A stretch of DNA of 64,000 nucleotides from Candidatus Micrarchaeia archaeon (GTDB lineage Archaea; Micrarchaeota; Micrarchaeia; CABMEP01): assembly GCA_038881595.1 (NCBI GenBank), contig JAVZPM010000001.1, positions 224,001 through 288,000 on the forward strand, in the 5' to 3' direction. Shown piece by piece: positions 38,184 through 47,460 of this stretch. A model generated the notes under the pieces. That model worked only from the letters and a program-made list of their open reading frames with translations, made no database searches and was not told the origin of the DNA. The number at the start of each line of letters is the position of its first letter. Position 1 is the first letter of the stretch. The translations under genes and the position numbers were made by a program.

Positions 38184-38960
38184 ATGGATAAGAAAAAGAA
38201 ATTTGAAGCTGGCGTTTCATCAGTTCAAAACAATACTAAAAAAGATTTCATTAAGCAGTTTACCTTTTATTTTGCAATTATATTTGGACTAATGATAATA
38301 GCCTACCTTCTTGCAATTCTTCCATCTTTGTTGGCAAAAAATTCTCCAAAAGTTGAACAAACAGAATTATTTATAGAAGATTATTCTTGCAATTCAAGTG
38401 TCACAAAGGATTCTATTGAATACAATGTTACATATCTGATTATAAAAAATGGAACGCAAATTGGAACCCTAGAATATAATTTTTCTAAAACTGGCTATGG
38501 TTTAATTAAAAAAGAAATAAGCACGATAGATTTCACAAAGTTAAAAGATTATTCTCAAGCTATTAAAAATTCAAATGTTTCACTTTTATCATCTGCGATT
38601 ACAATAATAGAGACTATTTATGATTTAGATTATAATTGTAAAAAATCTTCTTATATATTGATTTTAGGAAACTCAACTTATAATTATTCTGGAGAGTGCA
38701 GTCCTCCAGACATTCCCTTCAAAATATGTGAGCAAAATATGAAAGAATTATTAAATGAAAAAATAGAAGCAGGAGCATTTACATTTAATGCAACGAAATA
38801 TGAATATACTCACTCACAAATGATTCAAGGTCTGAAAGAAACACAAACTTTATTTATTTGGTTTTCAGATCTTCCATTTCCAATAAAAGTAGGTGATTCA
38901 GAATTTTATTTGATCCTTTCAAATTATTCAAAAAACAATATCAATAATGAAAATAAATAG
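38184..38960 (+). CDS. Single-pass membrane protein with extracellular beta-rich domain
   Basis: One TM near the N-terminus, many N-x-S/T sequons, four Cys; GGAGTGA RBS. Confidence 0.75.
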   Translation: MDKKKKFEAGVSSVQNNTKKDFIKQFTFYFAIIFGLMIIAYLLAILPSLLAKNSPKVEQTELFIEDYSCNSSVTKDSIEYNVTYLIIKNGTQIGTLEYNFSKTGYGLIKKEISTIDFTKLKDYSQAIKNSNVSLLSSAITIIETIYDLDYNCKKSSYILILGNSTYNYSGECSPPDIPFKICEQNMKELLNEKIEAGAFTFNATKYEYTHSQMIQGLKETQTLFIWFSDLPFPIKVGDSEFYLILSNYSKNNINNENK

Positions 38961-39045
38961 AATCTTACTTCAACAAATAATAAATTAAAATTAAATTCTT
39001 TATGTACAAATTAAATCAAGAAGAAAAGATGAAAAAGGTGGATAA

Positions 39046-42000
39046 ATGAATAAATCTGAAATGAAAAAAGAAATTAAAATCAAACCTTCCTCTTTTTCAA
39101 ATATTATGGTTTTTCTGATCATCTTTTCTTTGATGTTTATTCTTGTCTCTGGATGCATCGAATTAAAGCCAAGGGAAGGGATAAGTACCACAGTTCCAGT
39201 TACAGTAACGAAAGGAAGTGATGTCTGTGTTGGTTACAATGAATCTACCTGCGGTGCTTTCTTAAAGGAAAAAAGAACTGCAATTTCTGATTATATTTGT
39301 AAAGGACCTATCGGTCCTTCTTATTCAAAGATGGACGAAGTAACTTATTCTCTTTCAGTTGAAAAAGGTTGGAGTTGTGAGGAAACAAAAACATATCTAG
39401 TTTTAGCAGGAAATAACTATATATTGTCAGGTTCAGGTCATATGGGTAATCCACATGGTGGTAGCATAACATTAGAAGATTCAAGAAATGTAGTATCACC
39501 AATATCTTATGGAATGAATAATCTAACTTTGAAATGTTATGTGAATGTATCTGTTAGCGTTTCAAAAGGTAAATATGAGAGGGGTTCATTTACCTTGAAA
39601 TTTGATGGCTCATCTGATATCTTATCTCCAGGAGACCGTTTTGATGGACAATACTCATTTTTCGTACTACCATTAACTTTAACTCAAGAAAATAACAAAT
39701 TAGTTGGAAATCTTAGTTTTTTAGGTACTTGGACAGTTACTGGAAAAGAATACGGTAGTTGGCCAAATAAAAAACACAAATCAGACATGGACGTTTCTTA
39801 CTTTATTTCTTGTACTCCTTTTGCAAGCTACAATATTAATTGGAGATGTAAAAATACATATACTTTAGAATCATATGATTTTGTAAATTGCAGCTATGAT
39901 GAATTTTCAACATTCCAGGGTGGAAGAACATTCCTTGATAACAATACTCCATTCAGCAAGCTTAGCAACTATATTCAATCATATTATGGGACTTACTCTT
40001 ATAATCCAATTACTAAAGAAACAAAGCCAGCTGGAAAAATTCAGGTTCCATTCTTTATGTTAGGTCAAGGTCCATCATTCCAGGATTATGAAGAGGCAAA
40101 GAAGCTATGTGTCCCATGGAAAGAAACGATAGTAAATGTTTCATTAGGGAACACTACATTTGATCCACCGTTTTTGACAATACCGGCTGGTCTAGAGTTA
40201 TGTATTGATAATAAAGACAATAAGAGGCATGATATAACTATAATCAATCTTCAGGATCAAAGTATAATAAAACAATACATTCTTCAGCCAAAGCAATTTT
40301 CGTGCTATCTACCTTATGAAGGCTTTTATCACATAAAAGATTCAAATGGGGACTATGCTTATTTATCAGTACTAAAGGCAACAGATACAACTCAAATTTA
40401 TATAGGGCGTAACATTGTTCCTAATTATACAGTAGTTAATGAAGGAGGATTTGTCAATTTCAGTCTTATCGAAAGAAAAGAGCATAACTTGAGTATGAGA
40501 AGTGTGAATAGATTTGATGATTATATCTATGAAAATAATTTTACTCTCAATCTTTCAAATCCAGTTGAAACAATAAGAGCACCACAAACAGGAGAGTATA
40601 GGATTAATGATATCACAACAGATAAAACAAGTTATTTATTTGTTCAGTCTCCGCTTCAGAGATTTTTATTTAAGAGGGATGGAACAATTGATCCAGGATA
40701 TGAAATATATAGACCGCTTGGAGATTTGATTTGTTTTAGAAGCGAAACTGAAGGTTTAAACATCTCAATTTCAAGATACACAGAAACAGAAAATGGATAT
40801 GAATGGATATGGCTGACTAATGAAACATTGTCTACAAATTCATATTGCTGCATTCAAGGCGCGTTACCTGGAAAATATCAGGGAATAACAACGGATGGAA
40901 GAGTTGCAAATTGGACGATAGGAAGTGGAAAGCCTTCTGCAATAGTTTCTATTCAGCCGATTGGTTTTGAACCTGAAGAAGTAGAAAGTCCTCCAGGAAC
41001 AAAGATATGTTGGGTAAATCCATCAGCAATATCAAGAAATATTATAACAAAATCATCATCAGGAAAGACATTTTTCTCAGGCCAAATTCCACCATTCTCA
41101 GATAATGTTTGTTGGCCAACTATGAACAAGACAGATTCATATGTAACTACATTTGTACCTAACTTAGATGTGAGGAACATTGTTAATATTAAAGAGGTCG
41201 ATTCAAGAAACATCCAAATACTCTCGGGTGGTGCAGGCTTTGATACTATCTCATTAATTGTAAAACCTGGCTCTCAAATATGTTGGATTAATAACGACAA
41301 TAAAAATCACACCTTAAAAGATGAAAATGGAAACTACATACTCTTAGCTCCATCCCAAACAAATTGTATAGATAAGACTACTATGCAGGAAGGAAATATT
41401 TATACACGCCAGCTGGATGAAAAAGAGATTTATTCAGATGTTGGAGTTATAGATGGTAAAGGCGCAATTTTGTCTCCAAGAGGTCCTATTCCATTTTCAT
41501 TATTTGTAAATCCACCAAATGTTAATATGACTCAATCAGGAGAATTATATATTACATCTCCTTCATATTTCAAGATTATAAATAAACAGAGCGTTCCATC
41601 GGAATTATATGAGATTTCATACATCATTTTATCAGCCAACTCAACTGGATTGGCAGATATAGTAAAAACCGAAAATGAAATTACTATAATTAGTTCTCCA
41701 GTTAAGAGCTATACAAAGTTATTGCTTTATGTAGAAAATACTGATGATAAAAATCATACTATAAGAGTAGAATCAAACGGAGATGAAATTAATATTTTGC
41801 CGAACTCATTTTATTTATTTGAAATTAGCCAAAGTACAGTATTAACAGATTTAACTGTTAAAGAAAATTTGACTAGGGGTGGAATCACAAATCAAACTAT
41901 AATAAACGCTTTGTCACAAATTCCGATAAATATAATAGGACCTTCAGAGATAAAATTAAATAAATCTGGTTCTAATGGAGATTCATTAATATTGGCTGCT

Positions 42001-45000
42001 CCAATCGAACCTTATACTTCAATACTTTATGAAAATAATACAAACAAGACAATCGTGATTACTTTTGCAGATACAAATGAATTCATACTAAAGAACCCAT
42101 TGAACAACCAAACATTAGACCTTCCAACTCAAGTTATTCATGGAGATCTATCTTCTCAAATTCTTTACGATATGAGAAAATATGCAGATGAAGGAGCAAT
42201 GTCATTGCTTATTCCTTCATTCCATAATGTCACAGTAAAGTTACATTCCTCTGTTTTCTCTCCATCTGAAGCATTAATACCTGCAGGAAGCACAATTACA
42301 TTTACTAATAAAGATGTAATAGATCATACAATTGATTTAATTAAAAATGAAAGTGATATCATCTCTTCAAGATCTTTTACCCTTCTACCCTTGCAATCAA
42401 ATTCAACTTCAGATACACCAAAGAATACAACATTTACTTTTTATGATCAGCTTTCTAATATGAAAGGAAATATCACAACCATTGCTTATGATGCAAATAT
42501 TGGGATAATATCAACACTAATTTATCCAGAATATGGAATGGTTGCAGTTGGCAGACCCGTTAAATTCAATAATTATGATTCAGATTCGGATTACAGGGTT
42601 GAGATTAAACTTACAGATGATTTAAACATCGAACATACATATAGCTTAAACCTTCCTAAATATACAAATGGAATTCCAGGGTTTGCAACTTGGATTCCAG
42701 ACAAGGCTGGAAATGCAACTTATATAGTTAGAAATAATACATTCATTGTTGGAACTGGTAATATAATTGTAAGGAATTCAATTATCAATATTTCTATTAG
42801 AAATGGGGAGTTTGAAACGAAATCAATCGCTGTTGACCATAATAGTAAGGTATGCTTTATTCCAGACTCACCGAGAAAAATCTCAATTACTAATCTAGAT
42901 ACTGGTGAAAAGATAGCTGAAAGAACTATTTATCCATTAGGTATTCAAGCAACAGATTTAAGTAGTGCTTGTAAAAGAATTTATAACTGTTCTGCAAAAC
43001 AGCAGACTGGGGATTATGGGTGTATAGGAATAGTAAACGAGTCAGATCCTTCTACATACTGCTCTTATTACTTAACTAACCCTTCAATAGCATGTAAATT
43101 AGATAATAATATTTCATGCATTGTAAAAGACCAATATTCAAGAGATTTAGAATGTACGACAGATTATTCTAAAGATACTCAACCTGCATTGCCAGGAATT
43201 CAACCACAATGTTTGTTCAAAGCAAGATTGGATGGAGAAGCATGCAATGGTGGTTCTGTAATTAAGAATTCTTCTTTAGCTTCGATAATTAATTGTTCAG
43301 TTTCAAATAACGGTCAGCTTCAATTTAACTATTTTGAAGGAAAAGAAAAAACAGATACTTCTAATTTGTTATGCAATGTTCAAAAATCTGATAATACTGT
43401 GTCATGCATTCCAACAGGATTATACTCAGACGTAGGTTGCATCAAAAATTCATCAGCAGATTCTTACTGCTATTATACACCTTCACCATTAACATCTCTA
43501 GAAAAGTCTAATCCATATACATTAACTGATAATCGTTTCTGTTCAGTAACAACTGCCCAAAGAACTGAAAGATATTATACAACATATGCATGTGATATAG
43601 GTTACGATGGTGTGTGTACATGCCCAACTGATAAAATGTGTGGTGCCTTACCATGCGATGGAAGCAGTGTTCTTGCAAGTATGTTTTATAAAAAATCTTC
43701 TTCTTGTACATTATTTGATAGGAATGCATTAAATTGTTCTGGAAATAGAGTAGTTGATACATGTTTAAAAACAGGACAATATAATTTCGTTTTTCCAGCT
43801 TTAGATAATCCAAACTTTACTATATATATGAAACCAGGTGTAGGTTTCAAGGCATGCAAATGCTATGCAGCTAACCAAAGAATAGTTACATATGCAAATT
43901 CATGTAGTGTTAAGACTGGAGGAAGTTCAATCACTCCATTTCCAAGCAATTGTATTTTGCAGTCTGAGAAATGTATGTTCTCTTCACCATCTGTATTTTT
44001 GTGTAGTAGTGAAGAAAATTGTCCATGTAAATTTGGATGTGGAAAGAAAGTTAACTATTCAACACTAGGAAACATAGATTGTATTCAAACCCCTGGAGGT
44101 TGTAGAATAATATCGAATTATAATTTAGATAATGGTAATTACTGTAAATATGTATATACTCAAACATGCACACCTAAACAAGGATATGAAGATAAAGTAT
44201 CATGCAAATTTGATGGAACATCATGTTTAATATCAGAAGGAAAGAAAATAAGAGATGATGGTTCACATTGTAAGTTGGATTTATTTTCATGTGAACCATC
44301 TTATTTAGGTGTTAATTGCAGTTTTGATGCATCAACACAATCATGTAAAGTTAGTTCTATCGAGCAATTCTGTTTCACACCAGCTTCAACTTATATCGTT
44401 GAGGATGTAGATACTGGAAATATAATGATAGTTGAAGGTTACGATAGATATACTCCATTAGAAATAGATATTCAAAAATCTATGTTCACTCCTTCCTTTG
44501 TTACCACATCCCCATTAAGTGATGTATGTTTCCAAAGTCTTGATGGAAAAATGCACAGAGTTTTAGTTCCAGAGATAGTAAAAAGTGAAGGTTTTATCGA
44601 TGTTTATCAAGATAGGCAAACATGTCTTAATTTCCCATACAATTCAGAACCATGGACTGTAAGGCTGCAGGACAAGCCAGATGTTGCATTAGGCATTAAA
44701 TCAATAAAACAAGATATAGAAGTAGTTGTCAAGTCACAGATGTTTGATCCTTCTGATCTGATTCTTAGACCCAATACATCTATTACATTTATTAACACTG
44801 ATTCAGAACCGCATCAACTTAACAAAGCAATACCATCTACAAATTTTGCTAAACTTATTTTACAAAATAACATTTTAACAAGCGATTCATTCTTTTACAA
44901 TATATTAAAAGCAGAATGGATGGATAAGATCGAATGTAAGGATGATTCGGACTGTCCGGAAGGTTCATTCTGCGATGTAGAAAAAAGATGTCATTCTATT

Positions 45001-47421
45001 AAATTCTGCATGAGGGATGAGGAGTGTCCATCTCCATCTATTTGTCATAATTATCATTGTATTCTTACAAAACAGTGCCAAACTGATTTAGATTGTGGAG
45101 TTAATAGTAAATGTATTGATGATGGAACTGGAATTAAGAAGTGTATAACATTAGATATTCAATGTTCAGATTCATTTGATTGCTACTCTTCAGATCCAAA
45201 TTCAATTTGTATTAATAACAAGTGCACACGCATATTAAATTGTACTAATTCATTGGATTGTCCATCTGGATTTGTATGTTCATCTCAAATATGCACCATG
45301 ATTAAAAATTGTACAAATAATAGCGAGTGCCCACCGAATTCAGTATGTAATCAAGGTAAATGCTCTATACCAACAATCAATAATTGTAGCTTAGACAGTG
45401 ATTGTCCGAATGGAATGTACTGCACTATTGTAGATAGAACTGAAGAGGGCGAAGATGTAAAGGTATGCACTTCAAGTCCATGCATTTCAAATTCGGATTG
45501 TAGCGAAGAGAGAAGTACAGCATGTATAACCAACTTCATTACTGGTGAAAATAATTGTACGCTTTATAATTCATCTTATGCAGAACCTTTATGCACAAGC
45601 GATGCAGACTGCTCTGAAGGTGGTTGCATTGATGGAAGATGTGTTATTTCAAAGAATTGTTCACATGATTCTGAGTGTGGCATTATAAATGGTATTCAAT
45701 CAGTATGTGAATCTTCTGTCTGTAAGATCCCAGTTAAATGTTCTAATTTAGCAGATTGTAGATCTGGAGAAATATGTCAAGATGGATTCTGCAGAATATT
45801 CCATAATAAGATTTGCACTACAGATTCAGAATGTAATACTGATGAAATTTGCAAAGAAATGAAGTGTATAAAGAAGCAGAATTGTTCTTCTACTACAGTT
45901 TGTAATTTATTACAAAGTGGTGCAGCCTGTACAAATGCTTCTTCATCTTCTCCGGCATTCTGTCAATCATCTGCAAATTGTACAAGCGATGCATTTTGTG
46001 CATCGAACCAGTATTGTGATCTAGGTTTAAAGCAGTGTATTACTTATCCTAAGACAACATGTGGTTCGCCAGTATATGGATCGGATGTTAGTCAGGTTAA
46101 TGTTTCATTTAATCTACCATCATCTACATATAAAGCATATTTAATTTATTCTTTCAACGATAATGGAAATATATTATTAAATGGACAAACTATTTTACCG
46201 ACAACTAAATTTAGATGCCAGTATTCGACAGTGTCTGGTGTTACATATATTGATAACTATTCTCAAACTCAACAATGGAAAATACCTTTAGGTTTGCTTA
46301 AGTTAGGAAATGAAGAAAATAATATGTCAATTACAACATGCAGTTGTTCAGGTCAAAAAGGATTTAACATTTCAATACTTTATTATTATGTTTCCCCAGA
46401 AGGAATCAGACAAGAGTCAATTATAATAGATCCAAATTCAAAAATTCAGATCTTTTCACCACAACAATCTGAAGAACTAGTATATATTGATAATAAGACA
46501 AAGAACGTGCTTCCAATCTCTGTGAAGTCCATTGTAGATATAGCAGGAAATGTTAATTGTTCAGCTGACTTATCTTCAATGGCTCTGGCAATTGCAAGCT
46601 ATGAAAGACTTGATTATGCTACCCAGGCATGCGATTCAGGAAAGCAGATTGAATGTGCATCTTATAATCCATACGGTCCTGCAACAGTAACATTCTTTGC
46701 CTCAGAATCTGGATTAAACCTTTCAAATGAATCTGAAAGACTGTGTGCATTCCAACAACTTGCATCTGTAAAGAATATATGCCCAAATTGTACAACTGTT
46801 CTAAATGTCGGAGATGTAAACATTACACAGCTTAATAATATTTTAATTTCAGCAAATTCAACCCTAATATTTGGTAAAAATGCAATCGATTTTGTAGATG
46901 TAATAGGCTATGATGAATTCCTTAACAATTATCCATCTTGTAGCTTTGAAGACATAATGAATTCAATAGTAAACAAATCAAAACTTGGTTTATACAATTA
47001 CACAAAGCCATCAATAATAATGAGATTTGGATTAAAGGATGGAGTCTCATTAAGTAATCCAGCATGCAACTGGACAGATGAATCTATTATAACAGCATAC
47101 CAAGATTTCTATGGAATATGGATTCCAATTCTTGCAGGTTCTGGTGTGCTTGGAACAGCCCAATACTGCTTGACAGATCCATGCCCGTCATTTGATTTCT
47201 ATGGTCTTCTTACCTCAGGAAAGACAAACAAGCCATGGACAGATGCATGGTTCAGGGAAGGATGCGGAAGATATTATTATGCAGCTGAAGGATTATCATT
47301 TACAACCTTTTCAATGAAGGAAACAAACTATTCAATGTGTGATCCATCAAAGATGCTTGCCTTACTTCAGACTGTTCAATGTGCGGTTGGCAAGTATACA
47401 TTAAAATCAGGAACAAGTTAA
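39046..47421 (+). CDS. Giant (2791 aa) surface lipoprotein/adhesin with cupredoxin-like repeats, Cys-rich repeats and a GH-like C-terminal domain
   Basis: Lipobox-like ILVSGC; repeated F.P..l.i..G..v.f.N.D...H; repeated C-x4-[DE]C-x5-C-x4-C; C-terminal VDVIG..KPSII.RFG..GVLG..YGL..KP. Confidence 0.85.
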   Translation: MNKSEMKKEIKIKPSSFSNIMVFLIIFSLMFILVSGCIELKPREGISTTVPVTVTKGSDVCVGYNESTCGAFLKEKRTAISDYICKGPIGPSYSKMDEVTYSLSVEKGWSCEETKTYLVLAGNNYILSGSGHMGNPHGGSITLEDSRNVVSPISYGMNNLTLKCYVNVSVSVSKGKYERGSFTLKFDGSSDILSPGDRFDGQYSFFVLPLTLTQENNKLVGNLSFLGTWTVTGKEYGSWPNKKHKSDMDVSYFISCTPFASYNINWRCKNTYTLESYDFVNCSYDEFSTFQGGRTFLDNNTPFSKLSNYIQSYYGTYSYNPITKETKPAGKIQVPFFMLGQGPSFQDYEEAKKLCVPWKETIVNVSLGNTTFDPPFLTIPAGLELCIDNKDNKRHDITIINLQDQSIIKQYILQPKQFSCYLPYEGFYHIKDSNGDYAYLSVLKATDTTQIYIGRNIVPNYTVVNEGGFVNFSLIERKEHNLSMRSVNRFDDYIYENNFTLNLSNPVETIRAPQTGEYRINDITTDKTSYLFVQSPLQRFLFKRDGTIDPGYEIYRPLGDLICFRSETEGLNISISRYTETENGYEWIWLTNETLSTNSYCCIQGALPGKYQGITTDGRVANWTIGSGKPSAIVSIQPIGFEPEEVESPPGTKICWVNPSAISRNIITKSSSGKTFFSGQIPPFSDNVCWPTMNKTDSYVTTFVPNLDVRNIVNIKEVDSRNIQILSGGAGFDTISLIVKPGSQICWINNDNKNHTLKDENGNYILLAPSQTNCIDKTTMQEGNIYTRQLDEKEIYSDVGVIDGKGAILSPRGPIPFSLFVNPPNVNMTQSGELYITSPSYFKIINKQSVPSELYEISYIILSANSTGLADIVKTENEITIISSPVKSYTKLLLYVENTDDKNHTIRVESNGDEINILPNSFYLFEISQSTVLTDLTVKENLTRGGITNQTIINALSQIPINIIGPSEIKLNKSGSNGDSLILAAPIEPYTSILYENNTNKTIVITFADTNEFILKNPLNNQTLDLPTQVIHGDLSSQILYDMRKYADEGAMSLLIPSFHNVTVKLHSSVFSPSEALIPAGSTITFTNKDVIDHTIDLIKNESDIISSRSFTLLPLQSNSTSDTPKNTTFTFYDQLSNMKGNITTIAYDANIGIISTLIYPEYGMVAVGRPVKFNNYDSDSDYRVEIKLTDDLNIEHTYSLNLPKYTNGIPGFATWIPDKAGNATYIVRNNTFIVGTGNIIVRNSIINISIRNGEFETKSIAVDHNSKVCFIPDSPRKISITNLDTGEKIAERTIYPLGIQATDLSSACKRIYNCSAKQQTGDYGCIGIVNESDPSTYCSYYLTNPSIACKLDNNISCIVKDQYSRDLECTTDYSKDTQPALPGIQPQCLFKARLDGEACNGGSVIKNSSLASIINCSVSNNGQLQFNYFEGKEKTDTSNLLCNVQKSDNTVSCIPTGLYSDVGCIKNSSADSYCYYTPSPLTSLEKSNPYTLTDNRFCSVTTAQRTERYYTTYACDIGYDGVCTCPTDKMCGALPCDGSSVLASMFYKKSSSCTLFDRNALNCSGNRVVDTCLKTGQYNFVFPALDNPNFTIYMKPGVGFKACKCYAANQRIVTYANSCSVKTGGSSITPFPSNCILQSEKCMFSSPSVFLCSSEENCPCKFGCGKKVNYSTLGNIDCIQTPGGCRIISNYNLDNGNYCKYVYTQTCTPKQGYEDKVSCKFDGTSCLISEGKKIRDDGSHCKLDLFSCEPSYLGVNCSFDASTQSCKVSSIEQFCFTPASTYIVEDVDTGNIMIVEGYDRYTPLEIDIQKSMFTPSFVTTSPLSDVCFQSLDGKMHRVLVPEIVKSEGFIDVYQDRQTCLNFPYNSEPWTVRLQDKPDVALGIKSIKQDIEVVVKSQMFDPSDLILRPNTSITFINTDSEPHQLNKAIPSTNFAKLILQNNILTSDSFFYNILKAEWMDKIECKDDSDCPEGSFCDVEKRCHSIKFCMRDEECPSPSICHNYHCILTKQCQTDLDCGVNSKCIDDGTGIKKCITLDIQCSDSFDCYSSDPNSICINNKCTRILNCTNSLDCPSGFVCSSQICTMIKNCTNNSECPPNSVCNQGKCSIPTINNCSLDSDCPNGMYCTIVDRTEEGEDVKVCTSSPCISNSDCSEERSTACITNFITGENNCTLYNSSYAEPLCTSDADCSEGGCIDGRCVISKNCSHDSECGIINGIQSVCESSVCKIPVKCSNLADCRSGEICQDGFCRIFHNKICTTDSECNTDEICKEMKCIKKQNCSSTTVCNLLQSGAACTNASSSSPAFCQSSANCTSDAFCASNQYCDLGLKQCITYPKTTCGSPVYGSDVSQVNVSFNLPSSTYKAYLIYSFNDNGNILLNGQTILPTTKFRCQYSTVSGVTYIDNYSQTQQWKIPLGLLKLGNEENNMSITTCSCSGQKGFNISILYYYVSPEGIRQESIIIDPNSKIQIFSPQQSEELVYIDNKTKNVLPISVKSIVDIAGNVNCSADLSSMALAIASYERLDYATQACDSGKQIECASYNPYGPATVTFFASESGLNLSNESERLCAFQQLASVKNICPNCTTVLNVGDVNITQLNNILISANSTLIFGKNAIDFVDVIGYDEFLNNYPSCSFEDIMNSIVNKSKLGLYNYTKPSIIMRFGLKDGVSLSNPACNWTDESIITAYQDFYGIWIPILAGSGVLGTAQYCLTDPCPSFDFYGLLTSGKTNKPWTDAWFREGCGRYYYAAEGLSFTTFSMKETNYSMCDPSKMLALLQTVQCAVGKYTLKSGTS
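44930..46040 (+). repeat. Array of degenerate Cys-rich protein repeats (C-x2-D-x-DC-x5-C-x4-C) in the giant protein
   Basis: CKDDSDCPEGSFC, CMRDEECPSPSIC, CQTDLDCGVNSKC, CTNSLDCPSGFVC, CTNNSECPPNSVC, CSLDSDCPNGMYC and others. Confidence 0.85.
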
Positions 47422-47460
47422 TGAATAGACATCCAATAATAGTTTTTGATCTTTATCTTA

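Noticed and set aside
39046..47421. Multicopper or multiheme electron-transfer protein
   Set aside because: Copper-ligand loops are absent and there are no repeated CxxCH motifs; the Cys spacing fits disulfide modules.
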